Assembly: GCA_951406725.2 (NCBI GenBank)
Contig: OX597821.1
Span: 82,584,001-82,648,000, forward strand
DNA: 64,000 bases
Reading direction: 5' to 3'
DNA from: Octopus vulgaris
Lineage: Eukaryota
Positions 57,105 to 64,000 of the stretch are shown here, in pieces. Positions within the stretch are counted from its first letter, which is position 1. The number at the start of each line of letters is the position of its first letter. The position numbers and the translations under genes were made by a program. The notes beneath the pieces are model-generated. The model saw nothing but the letters and a program-made list of their open reading frames with translations. It ran no database searches and was not told the origin of the DNA.

Positions 57105-57482
57105 TGGAGGCGCAATGGCCCAGTGGTTAGGGCAGCGGACTCGCGGTCGTAGGATCGCGGTTTCGATTCCCAGACCGGGCGTTGTGAGTGTTTATTGAGC
57201 GAAAACATCTAAAGCTCCACGAGGCTCCGGCAGGGATGGTGGTGATCCCTGCTGTACTCTTTCACCACAACTTTCTCTCACTCTTACTTCCTGTTTCTGT
57301 TGTACCTGTATTTCAATGGGCCGGCCTTGTCACTTTCTGTGTCCCGCTGAATATCCCCGAGAACTATGTTAAGGGTACACGTGTCTGTGGAGTGCTCAGC
57401 CACTTACACGTTAATTTCACAAGCAGGCTGTTCCGTTGATCGGATCAACCGGAACCCTCATCGTCGTAACCGACGGAGTGCT
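57105..57482 (+). mobile_element. tRNA(Arg-like)-derived SINE family C, apparently young copy
   Basis: GGCGCAATGGCCCAGTGGTTAGGGCAGCGGACTCGCGGTCGTAGGATCGCGGTTTCGATTCCC head with A/B boxes, CpG-rich, followed by about 300 nt of body. Confidence 0.75.
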
Positions 57483-59267
57483 CACCCCCCCCCCCCCTAA
57501 TTCTGTTAAACTGACTAACCTGGTCAAGAACTGAAACTTCACTATAATCTTTGCAAAATGTGTCTCTCTGTCTTACCATATTTTCTGACATACAAGCCAA
57601 AATTTCCAAACCAAAGTTTACAATCATAAAAGGTAGGTTGACACACAAAGATAACTTTGAAGGACCAAAATCTACATGTGAAATGTAGTGGGATCTGGAT
57701 AGATAGTGATGGGGTTTCAATGTTTACACTACACATTTATGCTACACACTATGTTGGCTTGCATGCTAGAAAATATGGTTTGCTTGACCAATGAATTTCA
57801 TTCCTACTGCATGACTGAAGCAATTAGGACATTCAGTTGTAAAAATAACTGCAATTAAAATCATCTCAGCCATGCAAACAAGAAAAACTGATGTAAAACA
57901 ATAAACGCCCTTATTTGTTATTTTCCTTTTTTTACATTTATTTTGCTTCATAATTTTGTGTGCTTTTAATGATTTGAAGAAATGTTGGTATGTTGCATGG
58001 CTTTTAATTAGCACAACATTCTTTTTATTGCCTGCTTAGAATCTTCGTGATAATGAGAAAGTAAACATGAACTATTAATAGCTTAATTCCAATGGGCACT
58101 CAATTAGATATAGTAAATATCTGTATGTCATCAATATAGTATTCATGTTATTTCTTTGTACTTAAGTTCCTCAGTCACTGACCTATATTTTTAGCTACTT
58201 ATTATTTAAGATATTCTGCAACTGATTCAACAAGTGTGTACAAGTGAAGCAAAGCAATATAAAGCAGTATTCATTAACAATCACAATCGGATAATTATTA
58301 GTGATAACAGTAGTCAAATTTACTTCAGTAAACCTCTGGCATGGCGGTATCTTATCAAACAAAACATTACATTGGTATTTGTAATTGTGTAGCTTTCAGA
58401 TTACTCTGTCAAAAGTAATGCTTATTTATTCACATTGTTCTAAATCAATCATGTATTATCTCATTGCTTCAAGATTTCAATGATGTGACTTTTATTTATT
58501 TAATTCTTTTTTATAGAATGACACTGTAGGGTGGGTACGAGAGACCAAATTTGGCCAGCTTGAACACAAAACAATTAGAATACTTGGGCTGATACAGATA
58601 CAGATTTTTTTTAATACAGAATTTTAAAAACTCTTATATTCCTTAGTTCCATCAATTTTATTAATATTTTTAAGCTAATGTTTTTAAAAGAATAAATCAT
58701 GTAACTCCATTTAAAGAGAAGTTTTTGTTATATCTCAGGAGGGTCATAATGCCAATAATACACACACACTGGTTCTTTTTCAATTCTTATAGTATTATTA
58801 GTCAAATAGTTTATTATTTAACTAATTAACTAATCAATTGTTTGATTGTTTGGTCAATCAATCAGTTAGATTGGTCAGTCATTTTGTACCCATTCAGGCC
58901 CTCTCTTCTCCAGTTATGCTTCAGGTCTCTTTGTGTCCTAGTTTATAGGAACTATATTTATATGGATGTATGGAGGGAGAGAGCGTGTGTGTGTGTTCAT
59001 GTACACATACAGTGTGGATTCTGTGAAAGGCATGAGTGGTTAAATGTTTAATAAGCTTATTGAAGAATATACAGAGTACACAGGGTGCTATATGCAACAA
59101 CTTAAATGGCTGCTTAGAAACTCTCCTACTGCCAGGCACATGTGCCATTGCAGGCAGCAAAAAGGAAACAATTTGAATATTTGTAAATAATAATAATAAC
59201 ACATTAGATCCTACTTTGGCAAAATGATGGCAGTAACATTTTTTATGACTTTTCCATCATGAATATA

Positions 59268-59510
59268 TATAACTGCCGGCATCAGTTGTTATTTGTCAGA
59301 GCACTGCATCCTTCAAAACTTCCATGCTTCTTGAGATTCGCCAACACTACACTTGATTTTCTCCCCTCCATACACACACAAGCATGTATCTGACTCATAC
59401 ATTGTTCGCTTTCCAGACATTTCTACATTACTGCATGTACTTTATATGCACTTTCTGACAAGTTGTGGTGCACCTGAGCACTGTATACAATAATTTCATT
59501 ATTATTATAT
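59268..59510 (+). mobile_element. Possible CR1-like LINE 3' end with (TTA)n tail
   Basis: LPASVVICQSTASFKT resembles the WNxLPxxVV...FK terminus; ends AATAATTTCATTATTATTA. Confidence 0.4.
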
Positions 59511-59555
59511 TATTATAACCATAAAAAGCAGTATGCTCATAACTGTTCAAAAATA

Positions 59556-60773
59556 TTAGGTTGTCACACAGGGAATGTATTTCAAAGGTAACAATAAAAA
59601 CGTTAGAGAACTGATTTATTTAATCAAAGGTATGATCCATGTTCATTTATGACCTTTTACTCAACGTTTCTTTAAAATAATTTCATATTTTGCTGTGATA
59701 AACTGTCTGAATGCTTCAATTACCTCTTCTCTATTTAAGAATGTTTTATTGCTTATGAAGAGTTCAAAATGCTTAAATAAGAGATAATCAGTAGGAGAGA
59801 TATCAGGGAAATAGGGAGAATGCTGCAAAATCTCATAATTCAAGCTGTGCAACTTTTGGATAATAGCTTGAGAAGTGTGAGGACATGCATTGTTGTGGAG
59901 CAAGATTGGGCCATCTCTGTTCTCTAGTCTGGGTTGCTCTTTTTCAAATTCTTATGCATACAATCAATTTCTGAGTAATATGACATTGCTGTTACTATTT
60001 TTCCTTGTTGCAAAAACGAATAAATGACTAACCCCCTTCACAGACAACCATGCGGTGACCACTAAATTTTTAGGGTGCAATGGTGGTTATGGGTAGTGTT
60101 TAGGTGACTTTCCACATCTAATTACTGTCCTGTTCTCCAGCTGTTGTCAAAGAGTATCCATTTCTCATCACATGGTTGATTCTATGCAAAAATGGTTCTT
60201 TTTCCACTTGAGAAAGCAATAAGGAGCACACCTCATGGCACCTGTTTTTTTTTTTTATCTCATTCAGTTGATGTGGAACAAACCTATCCGTTTTCTTGAC
60301 ATTTCCAATTTATTTCAGGCGTTGAGAAACAGTAATGCAAGATATTTGGAGTTCTGATGAAAGTTTTTGGACCATTGTTCTTGGCTTTTGTTCAACCAAA
60401 GCATTTAATTCATCATGCTGAGTAACTGATTTTGGCCTCCCCCTTAGTTCATTTTCAAGGCTATCATCTCATGAACGAGATCTTTGGAATCATCGCTGAA
60501 CAGTTCTGATATGAACAAAACCAATGCCAAAGGCCCACTTGATATTCCATAGAGCTTCTGCAGCAGAGTGATCCAGTTTGTACTCATATAAGAAAATCAC
60601 TCAACATTGGTTGTAATCATTTTCATTAGGTATGTAGGTACAAATTTTGTATACCAATATTGTTTGGAATGTAAAAGAGTCAAGATTAAATGCAAGGATA
60701 TACATAATTGAGTTTTTAAATGACTAAAATAACAAGTAATTAAAAATGCAACATTTTATGTGTGACAACCTAA
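59556..60773 (-). mobile_element. mariner (DD34D-type) element, degenerate transposase
   Basis: TA|TTAGGTTGTCACACA...TGTGTGACAACCTAA|TA termini, 1.2 kb. ORF 59661..59903 has LHNNACPH and HSPYFPDISPTDYLLF, decayed versions of HDNARPH and HPPYSPDLAPSDYHLF. Confidence 0.88.
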
Positions 60774-63700
60774 TGTCATAACCTACAATGCTAGCCAGGC
60801 ATAATGGATATCAAATGGTTATAAAGGGAAAATAAAAGACACGTGCACACAGATTAAGCTCATTATAGCTTGTGTGTGTGCATGTATGTGTGAGTGTGTG
60901 TACAAACAGCTGAAAAAGGCTTAACTCATTGATGAGAATTATTATATGTTTTCTTCAATGAGTCATCACTCAATAGTGTTATAAACTTTTAAAAAACTTT
61001 ATGCTCTTTTCAAAACAAAGCAACCAAGCTAGTCTTAAACCTTTTGATGCAAACTGATTAATTCTGATTAATTCTGGGATACAAATTTCCATCAAAATTA
61101 CATTAATTTATGTTCTAAATGCTAGCTTAATTATTATAATTATAGTTATTTTACTAAATTCTTCATTGTTCTCAGAATTAGCAGAAGCAAAAGCAATGCA
61201 TTTCAACAGAAATATGGTAGCAAAAGGTTAATGAGTCTACAGAGAGTAATGCAACCTCCATGGACAAACTGTGGCCCATAGGACTTTCTGAATGGTAATG
61301 TCTCATGAAAAATTACTTTGAATATTTTTTGTAGTGCAGCCTGTCTGATGATGAGCCACGTCTCATGCAGCCCACTTCTCAAAAACATTGTCCACACCTG
61401 AGCTTTTGCTACCATATTTCTTTTGAAATGCACTGCTTTTGTTTCTGGAAAAGAGATGGGCATCACAATATCATTTCTCAAAGAAACAAAATTTCATTAA
61501 GTTAAAAATTCTTGAGTGACTGATTTTGAAGTTTGGGTCTATTTGACATAAATGGATAGTCAAAAGTGATATTGAAAAGGAGAAGAATTTTAAATATTTT
61601 CATATCATAGTCTTTTTTAGGACCATATTTCAAATTAAAATCACTGTCCATGAGTTTCAATTATATCTTTAAATAATCACTAATTTAGAGGGATTTTAGT
61701 AAAATAGCTAACTTCAAGGAAAACAAAATTATGTTGCACCATGGAACTGGGGAGAGTCTCAGATGGAGTTAGTGTCATGATGTAATCTCAAATGTTTTAT
61801 TTATTCTTACAATGTGTTATCATTAATATAATATTTCGATTCATGGTAATGGCTAATCATCATATAATTGTGATATTCAGAAAAAAAATTTTGCTGTCAC
61901 TTTAGTGCATGGTCTACATGGCCATTTACACATTAAAGTGCAATCTAATCCTAAAACTATTCCAAACGCAAATCAGGTCACTTCACAACATAAACTGTGG
62001 ATACTGTAATAGACCGCATGTTCAAATTTTTAGGAGTAGAGGTATTTAGAGGCCTATTTTTCCTAGTATATACATACACACATACAAAACATATCATTTA
62101 GAGTAGTTTTGAATGTATTTTCAGACCCTTCAACATCATCATTCGACATCCACTTTTCCATGCTTAATTCTTTAACATTTAAACCAGCCATATCCAGCCC
62201 AAGATTTTCTTCCTGTCTTATGTTCCAACTGGCCAAATCTGGCATCTCACCTATATTTTAACAATGTCATTCAAAACATAAACAACCACATTATAGAAAT
62301 TTCAAAACTACAAAGATAATGCATGATTAATTCAAATCAATGTGAATAAATATGTATTACATTTGTCAGAGTTATCTGAATGATAATGGGTTAAATGGGT
62401 TAGACAGAATTTGTCTATGGCTGGATGCCCTTCCTGTCACCAACCTTCACCTATCGTTTAATGTACACTTTTCCATGCTTGTATGGTCAGGAGTAGCTTG
62501 TTGGGGCAAGATTTTTCTACAGTCAGATACCTTTCTTGTCGCCAACCTTCAGATGTTTTCAAGCAAGGTAATATTTTCTCACAGCCAGACATACTTTTCA
62601 TGGAAGACTAGAAACAAACGGCTTTGCTCGTATGACAGTGATGCCCATTTACAACCATCACATGATATCTAAACAAAGGTACATACAGACACACATTGGC
62701 TAAGACACAAGCTTCTTGATCATAAATTGTTACAAAATTAACAATTTTTCTAGGATTTGTTTACCCTTTTTCCTTTACTGTCTGTCATTGGGCTGTAATT
62801 ATGTCTGAGACAATTATATCAACATCAGTTCTTGACTGGTACTCATTTTAACAGACAAAATACCACTGGCCCGGTGTGTTAACGATTCTGCCAGCTCACT
62901 TTCTTAGCAAAAAAAATATTACAATGCATTTTTTTGTCAAGCTCTAACTTTTCAGCAACTCACTACATTCTGGGTGTACAATAATTCCAACATAATGAAC
63001 CCCACGTGTATCTTCCTCATCACTTATATTTCAATTGGCTTAAATCTTTTAGTTTTTTTGTAGCACACAAAATAACAAACATACACACAGACCATGATGT
63101 GTACCTGATGTGTTGTTCAGCTGTGTTTGACTGATGTGAATGAAGAAGCATTACATTTGACAGAATAATCTGAATACTAAAGGGTTAAAGTGGTCGAAAT
63201 TTAAACATTCAAACAAAATTTCATACAAATTTATGTTCCAAATTGAAACTAAGGAAGTGTATTTTCAACTTAAATAAGTTAATGAAAGGATTAACAATGA
63301 TAGGTACAGTTTATTACTGAGAAAAATAGGGACATAAGTAAAATGGTAATAGTTTTGTTTGCCTGCAGACAATTCCACTGTCTAAAAGACACATTAGATA
63401 ATGTAGTCCTAGATACACTACTTGAAATTACAGTGGGTTAGTCAATGTGGGAATGTCAAGGATCATCTACTGAATCAAGTGACAAAGAGATAAATAACAG
63501 CTAGAGATGACAGGTATGTGTCCCATGTAACTACGATCAATCTAAATCATTTAGAATAACACCTGGAGAAGGGCACTTACAAAAATGTTTGTTCAGTTGT
63601 ACAAAAATTCAAAGATTCACAATTTTCCTTGGGAAAGACATGGCAGTGGTTTCCTATTCTTTTCCAGTTTACACTGAAGATATCCTACTCTCTCAAATTT

Positions 63701-64000
63701 ACTCTTGAAGTACAGCACCTATTTAACCTTTGAACAGAAGGATGGTTCATGTGACATCAGGGTATGTACATGCACTGATAGGATTGTGTGACACAAACAG
63801 GATTATCTTCTGCTATTTGATCCATAACTGCTGCCTTCAAGAGTCACTACCAGCCCAAACTAGAACAAACCTAGGTGGTGAGTAAAAAGTAACTCCATGC
63901 TCTCCAAAACCTCTGATTCCAAGCTGGCACCTCACTACAGGATGCCGTTTATAATGTCCTGCTCAGATCAAAAATGTCAAGTATTGTTCTAACACATCAC

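Noticed and set aside
57105-57180. Functional tRNA-Arg gene
   Set aside because: Stems pair imperfectly and the sequence continues into a long SINE body without a terminator.

Overview
AT-rich, microsatellite- and transposon-dense animal DNA. The SINE/RTE repeat landscape and gene style suggest an octopus or other coleoid cephalopod (inference). The window is almost entirely the 5' half of a minus-strand retinoic acid receptor gene (RAR/NR1B). The two DNA-binding-domain exons (11027-10855 and 2361-2220) are unambiguous. Phase-consistent upstream exons (40285-40160, 35177-35083 and a 936-nt polyQ/H/P exon at 30247-29312) would give an A/B domain of about 388 aa. The hinge and ligand-binding domain lie beyond the left edge. 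The introns hold: an apparently intact full-length RTE-clade LINE (endonuclease, RT, PHD-type finger) in sense orientation between the two zinc-finger exons, with an in-frame splice acceptor and a candidate internal intron; a 5S rRNA fused to the RTE 3' tail (SINE3-like); a type I hammerhead-ribozyme fold half-buried in a 265-bp palindrome, plus variant minimal hammerhead motifs; two dead Tc1/mariner elements; piggyBac- and hAT-type MITEs; CR1- and R4-like remnants; many tRNA-derived SINEs; and several long hairpins. Exon structure was read by eye from splice signals and reading phase, not from transcript data. Repeat boundaries are approximate.
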